Source: Trypethelium eluteriae (taxonomy: Eukaryota). Taken from it: a stretch of 34,370 nucleotides of DNA. The stretch spans positions 1 to 34,370 of the forward strand of contig JAVECL010000228.1 of NCBI GenBank assembly GCA_051942245.1, in the 5' to 3' direction. The position numbers and the translations under genes were made by a program. Below the pieces are notes generated by a model. The model ran no database searches. It was given only the letters and a program-made list of their open reading frames with translations, and was not told the origin of the DNA. The first letter of the stretch is position 1. Every line of letters begins with the position of its first letter. Shown here piece after piece: positions 1 to 11,627 of the stretch.

Positions 1-1733
1 CCTACACACTTCCCCCGCCACAATCCGACTCCCCGCCAACACCACCGGCACCCCCGTCCCCGGATGCGTGCTCGCCCCGACAAAATACAGCCCCTTTATC
101 CTCTTATGCCTCGTCGCCGGCCGAAACGCGAGCACGTTGAAAAACGAGTGCGACAGCCCGAGAATCGCGCCGCGGTCGAGATTGAAGCGCGAGCGCCACG
201 ATAGCGGCGTGTTGACGCTTTCGTGCACGATGAGCGGGGCGAGGTCGGTGCCGGTGCGGGCGGCGATGGTGGACAGGATGGTGCGGCGGGCGAGGGCGAG
301 CATGCTGGGCCAGTCTTGCGGCGTTTTGTCTTGCTGTGTAGTGGTGCTGCTGGTGGAGGTGGTGGAGGTGGTGCCGGCGCCGGCGTGGGAGCCGGAGTCG
401 TTGTCGAGGAGGTGGCCGACGGGGACGAGGACGACGAGAGCGTCGGTGGAAGGGGGAGCGGCGGTCGGGTCGATGCGGGAGGGGACGTTGACGTAGAGGG
501 AGGGGTTGGTTGGGATGAGGTGCTTCTTGAAGATGGAGTCGAAGGATTCGCGGTAGGCGGAGGCGAGGAAGATGTTGTGTGCGGTGAGGGAGGGGACCTG
601 CTGATTCAAGGCCCAGTAGAAGGAGATGCTGCTGCAGGAGGCGTCGCGTTTGGCGTAGGACCTCCCGGTAGAGGAAGGGGGTAGGAGGTTGTTGTAGGCG
701 TAGACAAGGTCGGCATTGCAGATTACGACATCGGCCGTGAGCGTACGGCCAGAGGCGAGAACGACTCCAGTTGCGGTGCGGGAGTCTGGGGAGAGGGCGA
801 TGGAGCTTATAGGGGTGGAGAAATGATAGTTCACTCCGAGGCGTTTGCCTACGTTGACGAGGGCCTCGACGACCTGGGAGAAGTTAGTCCAGGGTCAGTT
901 GGTCTGTTGGACTTCCCCAAATACCTTGTGAAACCCGCCTTCCGGATACCAGATTCCTTCCGCCAATTCCGTATATTGCAAGAGACTATAGGTTCCTGGG
1001 GCGTCAAATGGGCTCATGCCCAAATACATGCTCCCAAAAGTGAATACACGCCGTAACCGCTCTGTCCAAAAGTATTTACTTGCACGACTATAAATGCTTT
1101 CAAATGGATGCAATTGAAATAAATTCCTCAGGAACTCCAGGTCTAGCATGTTTAAGAGGGACGGAAAGTTCTTTCGTAAGACGTGCTTGACGCTAATTTC
1201 ATGATGGCGATGACACTCCTGCAGAAAGCGTAGATAGCGTTCGTAGCCGTCAATGCCCTCCCATTTCGCAATCTCGCTCTTCATTGAAACAAGGTCGGTC
1301 GATAGCTTGAAGTTCGACCCATCCCCAAACCATATATTGTAGTTTGGGTCGCATTTATGTAACTTGACACCCTCGGCTTCAAGAGAGGTACCAAGCTCCC
1401 GGAAGATTTCGTGAAAGAAACGGGGAATAAGCAAAAGGGAGGGCCCTTGGTCGAAACGCTAAACATAATCAGAAAGGAGACAAGAGAAAACGACAAGAAG
1501 AACAAGTATATGTCGGCGTACATAGCCATCATGATGAAGGAGAGAACAGCGGCCTCCTGAGAAGTCATTTTTCTCGACTACAGTTACTCGGAATCCAGCT
1601 TTTGCAAGACGTGCTGCAGTTGCAACGCCCCCAACCCCGGCTCCTGTGTTCTAGTTATTTAATGATTGACTATCGCGAGAGGATATCACAGACCAATAAT
1701 TATTGCCGTCTTCTGGCTATCATTTTTCGTCAT
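1..1733 (-). CDS. carB: Phytoene desaturase (CarB/AL-1), 3' end runs off the window; exons 1733-1694, 1643-1522, 1458-925, 873-<1
   Basis: Spliced N-terminus MTKNDSQKTAIIIGAGVGGVATAARLAKAGFRVTVVEKNDFSGGRCS (FAD-binding GxGxxG); RFDQGPSLLL; C-terminal CrtI signature GLYFVGASTHPGTGVPVVLAG; three GT-AG introns restore frame; adjacent to carRA. Confidence 0.96.
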
Positions 1734-2302
1734 GTTTAATGAACGAAACACACCTTGATAGAATACACGTTCACCCGTCTCAAATTACCGGACGAGTAAG
1801 TAAGGGAAGTAAAAATGTATCATCATCGTCTATAATACATGTAATTCTTGGTCTATAATCTTGAAGAAGTCGTCATCATATGATTTTGATGTTGCCTTTG
1901 CGAGTAATTCACAATTCCTTAAGAAAAAAGCGTTGCAATAATACCTGCCTAACATCCGGCGAGCATGACGTCTGTATTGATTCCATGGGACAGAATCTCG
2001 GCACCGCAACCAACATTTGCACCTTACCAAAACGCATTGCAAAATGACATGTCATAGATTGCAAGTTCACCAAGAGCTTTTGGGTAATCAAGACGGCACG
2101 TTGAAGGCCCGCATTTATTTACTTTAGTACATATATACCTACTACGCCCACAGAGTAGGGTATCTACGACGAATGGAACTGCAATCTCCCCAAACTTACA
2201 CTAATACACTAGATAACACACCTTCAGATTCAAAAAGCAAATCCCATAGTCATCCCCAGCCTTCGTACATGCCCCTTTGGCTCTGATTCGGACCGTCTCC
2301 CC

Positions 2303-4326
2303 TCATCCCCTACTCAGCGCCCTCCACGCAACCCAGAACCTCCTCCCTCTTGGCACCGTTGCCCGCCCCGCCTTCACCTTATATCCCTTCTTCCCCCCAT
2401 CTTTCCTCAACACCCTCCCGATCTCCATATAGCTCTCCACGGCCACCCGCATCGGCGCCCTCGCCTCAACCGGCAACTCCTCAATCGCGCCCTTCGCCTC
2501 CTCATACGCCTGAAACGCCTTCGCCAGCATACGCTGCCTCAGCTTCTCCACTCTCGCGTCAGCAGGATCCCTGATCACAGCGTCAGGAGTAAAGCCTTTG
2601 CTTTTGTCTTTGTCTATGCCCTTATCTTCGACTTCGACTGCGTCTTCTTCGTCGGCAAGCCATTCAGAAGGGAGGTAGACCCGCTTGAGGCCCGCGTCGA
2701 CGGCGATGTCGCGCGAGATATTGACGCATTGGAGAGCGAGGCCCATGGTGCGGCCCGCCTTCAGGATGCACTCTTTCGCAGCGGCGGAGGCGGCTGAGGA
2801 AGAGGACGGGTAGTGGTGGAAGACGAGGACGAGGCAGAGCTCGGCGACGGTGCCGGCGACGCGGAGGGCGTAGGTGTCGAGGTCGGCCTCGGTGGCAATG
2901 GGGAAATTCGCAGTGCCGGATTTGGTGGTTTCGCTGAACTTGATGTCGCTCTCGAGGCCCTTGATGAGGTCGCGGAGGGGCGCTTGCGGGAGGTAGTGGG
3001 TGGGGAGTTGGAGGAGGGCGAGCTGGGCGTTGAAGGGGAAGCTGGCTTCGATGAATTCTTGGAGAGCGGCGATTTTGGCTGGACGCGTCATGCGTTGGTA
3101 GGATAGATCGACGAAATCGTTGAGTTTGCGTATGGATTCCCTTGCTTCTTCTGGGGTCTTTGCAGTATCCACTAGGTCATCTGCGACTCGGCAGAACGAG
3201 TATAGGATGGTCAAGTCAATGCGGAGCCGTCCTGGAAAAGTACCGCTGGCGAGGAAGAAGCTTCGACTTTTGCTCTGCAATCTCAATGCCGCCTGGATTA
3301 AGCCTAGGATTTGGTCTTCGTCGTAAGCTGCTGCTGGTACTAATAACGCTCTAACAAGCATGATTGGAGATGGCCAAGTTGGCACATGCCGGTACAGCTC
3401 AAAAAATGTGTTGATGACGGCAATTGCATTATCAAACGCAATCAGGCCCCACACAACCAATGTGTTGGTCAAAAAGAAAAATGCTGCTTCTCTACACCTG
3501 TCGTTAGTGATATGAGAGTTCGATGAGGCACGACCTCTTACTCGATGTCAAGTCCCCAGAGCTGATATCCCAGTTTGGTCCCTGATTCTATAGCCCACGT
3601 TCCCCGTTGTAAGGCTAATGTATCCACGAACCATAAGTAGAGCGTCGGTATGAGGACGGGAATGATAGTATTCGAATTTGGCAATCCAACAATAAATTGA
3701 TATGAAAGGGACCTAGGCATGGGTCAGCAAGAGACTATCGAGTTTGCCAGGAGTGCCTACCAGAGTAGAAGCAAGAATGGTACCGCCCAAAGTAAAATCA
3801 TGCCCATGTACGTTCCATGGCCGCCGTCTCTGACCAGTTTAATGGAATATCTGAGTGCCAGTGCAAGTATCAACTGTCCCGCCAATTTGATGTACCGCCA
3901 ATTCTGACCACGCTCGGGACGTCCATGGCTGGGACGTGATCGTTCGACTTGTAGGTAGATGGGATGAAAGGTCGGTTTACTGGAGATGAGATAGACTAAG
4001 GAAGTGATGTACGTCTGAATTACAAAGAAGAAATATTCCTCAATTGGGACGTCAAAGAATGTAGGGCCGAGGATAGCATCAGGAGGATAAGTCCATATAC
4101 GGGTTCTAATTAGGTAGGAGTCCCATGGAGTGGTGGACACTACTGAGATGGTGATCAAGAAAAGGATCTTATAGACATCTAATTTGGTCGCTAGGGGTCG
4201 AAAAAGGAGAGTGAGGGCTAAGGCGGGTGGAAGCGTGTACTTGAGATGGCTATCAATCCAGATTCAGTAGAGGCCATACAAGAGCTGCAGATCAGAAACC
4301 TACACGAGCGCATAGTCGTATCCCAT
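2303..4326 (-). CDS. carRA: Bifunctional lycopene cyclase/phytoene synthase (CarRA/AL-2); exons 4326-4304, 4249-3761, 3712-3542, 3491-2303
   Basis: Starts [16 protein letters not shown]; hydrophobic cyclase domain with [10 protein letters not shown] and [12 protein letters not shown]; synthase domain with [12 protein letters not shown] (DDxxD) and NISRDIAVD; canonical introns. Confidence 0.96.
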
Positions 4327-5153
4327 CGCGCATTCGCCAGACAGATTGGCTGCAAAGCTACCGTGCCATGGCAATCGTCCCAAATTTTTAGATTACCTGT
4401 TGACTGCAGACTTAGCTGGTGAATGAGTCTGGAGGGCTGAGCCATGACAGCTAATGGAAACACGAGACGGGATAAACAACACGTACGGTAGTGTGATTCT
4501 GCTTCTGTACACCTCGAAGGCCCCGGTGGTTAGATGCAGGCGGTCTCTCCGATCAGCGTCTCGACGGAAAGATGGCCGAGTCCCGTCACCGCCTGGGTTG
4601 CCTGGGTGGCCATGGTGACTGGTCGTGGCCGTGCTGGCCTGCAGTCTGCAAAAGCAGCGAGACCTGCAAGCCACCCCCCGGCAGCCTGGCCGAGGCAAGC
4701 CGAGGAGCTTGGGCCTCCGGGATTGCAGGATCGAAGCTCTATCCCTGTCTTATTCCAGTCCTACCCATGTCGTATCCCTGTTGAGGCAAAATGACGTTGA
4801 CGCATCACGATTCTTGCTCTGGTGCGTTGCTGGTGCATGCTTCTTCCATGGCTATTTCGGCATTGTGACAGCATAGATTTCCGATCTTGACTAGATCTCT
4901 CAATTCTTTGGGCATATGCGAAGCTGTCCAATGGCTGCGTTTGTCATTTTATTTGTCCAATCTTGTCGTCACACTTGTGTAAACTTTCCGGTAACTGCGG
5001 GTTGCGTATAGTCACTCGCGCTTGCCAAGGCCGAGGGAGAGGGATCCATTTTCGCGCGCGGGGTCTGCACCTTTCGTGCCTTTCTTGGAACACATCACCC
5101 ACCTTCTCGAGGTATTGTCTGAGCGATGGAATAATTCTGAACTGACGCTCGTA
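4327..5153. promoter_or_regulatory. Divergent promoter region shared by carRA and carX
   Basis: Head-to-head ATGs at 4326 (-) and 5154 (+); contains clustered GATC motifs (about 4877-4900) and a GC-rich block (about 4530-4730). Confidence 0.6.
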
Positions 5154-7303
5154 ATGCCTCTTGCCGGCCAAAAGCGCAAACGAGAGCAGAAACATCCGTA
5201 AGAGGTTTTTGGGATCAATAGATCGACAACATTGCTTACAACTCGTCCAGATACTTGGATGGCAATTTTGCACCAATACAGCAGACATTGCCTCTGACTC
5301 CTTGCTCGCATGTCGGTATCATACCTGACGAACTTGCTGGAGGCCAGTATGTTCGCAACGGCGGCAATCCGGTGACAAACGAGGACTTGGGTCGAGATGC
5401 CCACTGGTTTGATGGAGATGGCATGCTCTGTGGCGTCTCCTTCAAACGAGTTAAAGACTCACAAGGCAACAACAAGATTCTACCGGAATTCGTGAATCAA
5501 TACATTCTCACCGACCTGTACTTGTCTTCACTGTCTCTGCCCTCGCTCCGTCGGCCAATTGCACCCAGCATAGCAACCTTAGTCAATCCGCTTTCGTCCT
5601 TGATTACTATCATCTGTGTGGTTCTGAGAACGGTCTTCCTGGTGGCACTTTCATTCCTAGCCGGATCGAAACAGGCTATCAAAAAGATCAGTGTTGCAAA
5701 CACCTCCGTTTACTACCATGACGGCCGCGCGTTAGCTGGATGCGAAAGTGGACCTCCCATGAGAGTGACTCTACCCGGTCTTGAGACAGTCGGCTGGTAC
5801 GATGGCAGAAAAGCAGATGGGGAGACTCACGAGCCTGAAGATGCAAAAACAGATGTTTTTGGCGGGGACGGGTTGGTAGGTTTCATGAAGGAATGGACAA
5901 CCGCCCATCCAAAGATTGACCAGGGGACTGGAGAAATGATTCTGTTTCATTCTACATTTGCGCCTCCCTACGTCCATTATTCGATCATTCCCGCGTCCAA
6001 GACACCTTCGCTAAAGTCTACACTACCATGTCGACTCCTCAATGCTCCTCTACCAGGAGTGAAGTCGGCAAAGATGATGCATGATTTTGGCGTATCGCCT
6101 ACACACACAATAATTATGGATCTGCCACTCTCGCTTGATCCTCTCAATCTCGCAAAGGGGAAGCCAGTCGTTGAATACAATACAAACAAACCATCTCGAT
6201 TCGGTATTTTCCCTCGGCGAAACCCATCCGCAGTTCGCTGGTTCGAGACGTCTGCGTGCTGCATTTTCCACACTGCCAACACATGGGACTCCCTGAACTC
6301 TACTGGCCAAGTTTCCAATGTCAATCTTCTTTCATGCCGTTTAACCTCCGCATCTCTGGTCTTCAGTGCCGGCAATCTCGAACAGCCGGAGATCCCTCAA
6401 CTCAAATCCCTTGAAGAGCCAATCCGCTCCGAAAAGCCCATATCGTTTTTCGATAGCTACGACTCCGACTCCGAAATTGACGAGGAGAGTAGCCTCTTGC
6501 CTCCGCCTAAACAACTTCCACGCCACTCTCTCGCTCCATATTGCGACCCCACTGACGAAATCGACCAATGTCGCCTCTATTATCATTCCTTCTGCCTCTC
6601 CTCCAGCGCAGCTTCCGCCAACACCATCACTCACCAATTCGCCCTTGCCGGCCTTCCCTTCGAATTCCCCTCTGTCCGTCGCTCTCGCGAGATGTCCGCC
6701 GCTCGCTACATCTACGGTTGCAGTACGACCACCAGCACCTCCTTCGGTACCGCCCTCGGCCGCGCGATCAAGATCGACGCCCTCGTCAAAATCGATGCCC
6801 TCACTCTTATCGCACGTGGGAAGGCAAGTCCTCCTCGCAGCGTCACTGGCTGCGTCGATACCCGTACCATTCACCAGATCATGGCTTCGCAGGATCCAGA
6901 TGATCCAATCAAGGTGTTTCGCATGCCAAAGGGGTGGTATGCGCAGGAGCCGCGGTTTGTGGCGCGAAATTGGGGAGAGAGGGAGGATGATGGATTCTTG
7001 CTTACGTACGCGTTTGATGAGGGTCAGTTGTTGCCCAGCGGGGAGTGTCGCTCGAATGCGCAGAGCGAGTTGTGGGTCGTGGATGCGAGGGATATGACGA
7101 CGGTGGTGTGTCGAGTGCGGCTGCCGCAAAGGGTGCCGTATGGGCTGCATGGGAACTGGTTCTCGGAGAAGGAGGTGTTGGGCCAGAGGGAGGTGATGAG
7201 GGTGCGGAGTACAGAGCAGGTACTGGGAAAGGAGGAGAATAGAAGTGCATTGGGAAGAGTGGCAATGGGGTTGAGACGATGCGTCGAGACATGGCTGGGT
7301 TGA
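5154..7303 (+). CDS. carX: Carotenoid cleavage oxygenase, RPE65/CCO family (CarX-like, probably retinal-forming); exons 5154-5197, 5251-7303
   Basis: Spliced start MPLAGQKRKREQKHPYLDGNFAPI; YVRNGGNP..HWFDGDGM; four Fe-ligand His motifs WTTAHPK, MMHDFG, CIFHTAN, PYGLHGNW; divergent from carRA as in the Fusarium car cluster. Confidence 0.92.
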
Positions 7304-7490
7304 ATTTTTCGCATGATTGGGAATCCAGTCTGACTTGACTGGTTCGGAGTTGGATTGCATGACATCGGCATCTGCTGCTTCGCAGCTGTACAAATCATTT
7401 GATACCCCAGTAAATATACTTTACGAAAATAATCTAGTGAATAATATGAATATTTTCAATATCTACCGAATAACAGGTCTTGTCACTATC

Positions 7491-8800
7491 TCATTCTAAT
7501 CTCTCCTTCCAACCAGATCTATCCAATCCCCACTGCACCGCCTCCCACACGTCCTTCACAATGGTCTTTGGCTTCCACGCCGGCTCCTTCCCGCCGTCAA
7601 ATACTCCCGTCCTCACCAGTACGCTCTCCCACTCTGTCCCCACTGGACTCTCAAACATATTGCCCCCACGAATATCCGACTCCGGATTGTCCCCTATCAC
7701 ATACACCTTCCTCAATTTCGGTACGTCCCCTTCCCCTTTCAGCACCTCCTCTCTTTCCTCCCCCAGTGCCCTCTCCGCATACTCAAACATCGCCTGTCCA
7801 GGCTTCCCCAACACCTCCTTCTTCAACTCCACCCCCTCCTTCTCTCCTCCCGTCACCGCCCTCCACACGCCCTCCAACGCCTCCCGAAACCCACCTTGGC
7901 CCAGCCGCGGTAAATGATACCTGGCCGCCCACCAAAGATCCGGATTACTAAAATACAACGGCGGCTGGCCATCCTGCTGGTACCCCCTATTCGGCAAGCT
8001 TGCATCTCCATTCCGCGGCGACCGCGTGCCCAAATGCCCCTGATGCGAGAGCAGCAGATCCAAAATGAGATGCAGGTCCAGCGCCCAGTCGCGCGGGTCC
8101 GCAAACACGAAGATCGCGCCGATCTGCAGCAGGCCCCGCTTGTGCTTCTGCAGGTCGTTCCGCAGCGGCTGCGCGAACGACGAGTAGTACGCGCTGAACA
8201 CCGCGCTGCTCGGCCAGATGTGCGGCGTCGTGCCCAGGATGTCGGCTGGCGTGACGACGTGCTGGAAGCCGTAGGCATGCGCGACGGAGCGGCAGGAGCC
8301 GTGGTCGCCGCCGACGACGAGGACGTGGCGGTCGTGGTATTGCGGGGCGAGAGCGGCGAATGGGGTGTGCGATTGGATCAGTTGCCGGGCTGAGAGGGGC
8401 ACGCGGAGTTTGGAGGAGAGCTCGGTGATGCGCTCAGTTTCGTGTTTGCCGCCGCCGTTGGTGAGGAGGATGAAGGGGATCCGGGAGCGTTGGAGGAAGA
8501 GGAGAGCTTCGCGGGCGCGAGGGATTGGGTCTGAGGAGCGGACTAGGACGCCATCAATGCTTTGGGTGAGATGTCAGTGGATGGAAGAGCTGGTAGGAGT
8601 GGAATAGCTTACTCGAAAGCGAATGCGAAATCAGGCACTGCCTGAGATGTAGAGCGCTGAGGAGCGGAGTGTTGAAAGCCTCGAGAGATTGTCCTTAACG
8701 GCTCTCTAGGATTCGAAGACGCTACCACTCGAGCTACACCGCGCACCCGACCGAGGCCGTAAAGGCCTCGAAGGGGGGCATACGAGATCGAAGCGGCCAT
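7491..8800 (-). CDS. HAD-superfamily subfamily IIA hydrolase (CECR5/HDHD5-like), probable mitochondrial presequence; exons 8800-8613, 8559-7491
   Basis: Splicing gives motif I FAFAFDIDGVL; also LLTNGGG, FSNPDLWW, LGKP, VIGDNPESDIRGG; Arg/Ser-rich N-terminus. Confidence 0.9.
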
Positions 8801-9034
8801 TTGCGAAGAAGTCCATGGTGGTGAGATGGAATCGTGGATAGAGGCATGTGGGGTTCACACGGCAACCCTGCCCTGCTTAAAGTGGGACACTCCAGACGGA
8901 AGCCAACGCTGAGCCTCACTCAACCCCTCGACTCCACCCTCTCAATAGTCAACGCTCGTGAGGGACGATGAAAAGATTTGCGATGTTGCCGAAAGAACCT
9001 TTCTTCGAACATCAGGGCCCCTCTTCGCCGAGAG

Positions 9035-10999
9035 ATGTCTCTGGAGCCGCGGATTCCGCTGCTGTTGGATGATGCCTCTAATCTTAGTCGAGGATCTGCA
9101 AACTGGAGTCCACATCGATACTTGCAGAGCGCTGACATAGTCTCGCAAACGAGCTCTGGAGGTAATCAAGCAAGGCCAGGAAAGGCTGGCGTATCTCTTG
9201 CTCAAGTCCTCAATACCGACAAGCAACCACGTACTCCTGCTGAGGATCCTTCTGATTTCGCCCGCACTTCTGCAAAGAGGCAGCGCTTTGAAGATGGCTC
9301 TTCTAGCAATTTCCTACGACTTCCGAAGCCTGAAGTGAAGAAGAAAAGAGAGAAAAGATCACGGATACCTCCTCTAATACAAGGACTTCATCAACCACCT
9401 CCAGACGCTGGTCTTTTTCCTCCCATCACCGCTGATAGCAAGCATGAAACCCATGCACCAAATTTGCGACAAGAGGCCGAGACAGACCCAAGAACGGAGG
9501 AAGAGAAAGAATCCGAACATGATACACCGGTAAAGGCGTCAGAGGTTATACAAGAACAGACTAGTCCAGAGGAGAGGCAGGCAAGACAACCTCGGAAGAA
9601 AAATAAATGGACCAAAGAAGAAACAACAGACCTACTCAAAGGTGTTGCCAAATTCGGCATGGGTAATTGGAAGGCTATTCTGTCCCACGAAGACTATTCG
9701 TTCAATGGCAGGTCAGCTATAGACCTCAAAGACCGATTCAGAACTTGCTGTCCTGAAGCATACAACCAATACAAGGCTTCTGGCAGCAAAAGGCAAAGAT
9801 CGAAGGATCACGCTTCATCCGATCAGACCAGTGGAATAGCCGACTCTCCAAACCAAAAGGACAAGTGTGATGTACGAGGTGAGCTTCCGAGTCCTAAACC
9901 GAAGTCTTCTCGCTCCCACCGCATGAAGCCGGAAGATCTAGCAGAACTTGGCATTGAAGGTCCATTCACAAAGAAGAAGCGTCGAGAACGCCGAGTCTGG
10001 ACAGAAGCCGAGGATGCTGCTCTCCTGAAAGGATTAAACGAACATGGAGTGCAATGGGCTCAAATTAGCAAGGACGAAAAATTAGGTCTTACACATCGCC
10101 AACCAACTGATCTAAGGGATCGCGTCCGAAATCGATGGCCAGAGAAATATGTAGAAGCAGGATTGACCATCAGGCCGAAAGAAATTCCTAGGCCTGTGCA
10201 GCGGGCAGGGAAAGCCCCCAAGACGGCGAAAGTAGACCCATCCTCATCTCCTCGAAGCGAGCCTCGACCTGCCACTCCAGTAGATAGGAACAAGCCGGAA
10301 TCTGTCAAAGTTTCAACGACGAAGGACACTCCTACACGAATCAGTCGAGCACAACCCCCTCCACCTCCTCTCAAACTCCTCAATGCGCCTATTTCCGAGC
10401 CGTTTGTTGAAGACTTTCCTGATCTTCCGTCCTATGATGAGATGGTACCTCCAAGCCCAATAACACTAGATCGAAGTATCTTCGACTGGGTCAACCAAAA
10501 CATCACCCAAGTCACGACGACTACAACTTCCGCGACACCTCAGCATCTCGCGAACCCGACGAATTCTTTCACTCTACCGCCATCATCTACCATCGCTGAC
10601 GCCTCCATTAGTGGCTTTGACAGCCTCCACATAGATCCCCTGGTTACTCTGAACAAACCTCACAAATACTCCTCGACAAATAACATGCTTCCTCTTGTCA
10701 CACCCTCTAGCCTCCAGGGTCTAAATTTCGGCATTCAACCCTCATATAATAGCAATCCCAATAATCCAGCCACTGTCCTACCTGGTGCACTACCAAGCAT
10801 GAACCTTGGGCATACTTCAGCTTCAGGTGCGAATAAAAGCCTGACAATAGCAAGCGCCAGTGCTGCAAATGCTACCTCTGGCGCCCTCAACCTTCCACCA
10901 CCATCGGAAGTACTAGCAGGATTTCTGGATAGCGATGCGAGGGGAGATGGCCATGCAGGTGTGACAGGTGCATTGCTATGGGATGACCTATTGAATTGA
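9035..10999 (+). CDS. Myb/SANT DNA-binding protein with two telobox-type Myb domains (Tay1/Teb1-like), intronless
   Basis: KWTKEETTDLLKGVAKFGMGNWKAIL...RSAIDLKDRFR and WTEAEDAALLKGLNEHGVQWAQI...RQPTDLRDRVRN; first ATG is at 9035 (the ORF-track start at 8978 is a TTG). Confidence 0.85.
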   Translation: MSLEPRIPLLLDDASNLSRGSANWSPHRYLQSADIVSQTSSGGNQARPGKAGVSLAQVLNTDKQPRTPAEDPSDFARTSAKRQRFEDGSSSNFLRLPKPEVKKKREKRSRIPPLIQGLHQPPPDAGLFPPITADSKHETHAPNLRQEAETDPRTEEEKESEHDTPVKASEVIQEQTSPEERQARQPRKKNKWTKEETTDLLKGVAKFGMGNWKAILSHEDYSFNGRSAIDLKDRFRTCCPEAYNQYKASGSKRQRSKDHASSDQTSGIADSPNQKDKCDVRGELPSPKPKSSRSHRMKPEDLAELGIEGPFTKKKRRERRVWTEAEDAALLKGLNEHGVQWAQISKDEKLGLTHRQPTDLRDRVRNRWPEKYVEAGLTIRPKEIPRPVQRAGKAPKTAKVDPSSSPRSEPRPATPVDRNKPESVKVSTTKDTPTRISRAQPPPPPLKLLNAPISEPFVEDFPDLPSYDEMVPPSPITLDRSIFDWVNQNITQVTTTTTSATPQHLANPTNSFTLPPSSTIADASISGFDSLHIDPLVTLNKPHKYSSTNNMLPLVTPSSLQGLNFGIQPSYNSNPNNPATVLPGALPSMNLGHTSASGANKSLTIASASAANATSGALNLPPPSEVLAGFLDSDARGDGHAGVTGALLWDDLLN

Positions 11000-11627
11000 A
11001 TCTGTTGTTGGATCTCTCGCTTTCGGGGCGAGCCTTATCATTCTAGGAAAATCTCTCTATATGTTCTGTTGAATATATCAAGGCTTAGAAACATATCCTC
11101 ACAAGTCAGGCAAGCGGGTCATTCTCGTTACCTCGTGTCTGATCTTATCTTCATTTTTTAGGAACATTCCGCCAAAGATACCCAAAATTAAGCATCATCA
11201 TTGTATCCCTTTTGCCTCGCAAATATCACTATCAATGCTAGCTGCATTTTGATGGGTATTCCATTGTTTGAATCGCCTTAATGAAGTTTATGAAGTCTAT
11301 TCCTATTCGTCCAAAACGGACACCGCATCGCCTGTGGATGCCGTCCTGACTCAAGGCCTATCATTTTAACACTACTACCGAAGGACTGCGTGTATTCCTT
11401 GTAGTGTGCTCTTTTTCACTTTCCTGCTATTCAATGAACTTGATATCCAAGGACCTCGAGCCAGGCTTTGCCTTTTTCCAAATTAGCTGGCTCGGTGGTT
11501 ATGTATGATCAACCATCGAGCACCTATGCCGACTCTGCAAAATTATTTCGAGGCTCAGCGTCAAAGCTTCTCGACTTCACGAAAAGAAGTTGTTTTTGGC
11601 TACATATGAATATCTGATCTACCTCAT

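Noticed and set aside
223..684. Long antisense or alternative-frame ORFs (also 2813-3106, 6341-7393, 7914-8393, 13920-14398, 30040-30702, 33892-34317)
   Set aside because: They overlap well-supported genes; skewed codon usage depletes stop codons; no recognisable motifs.
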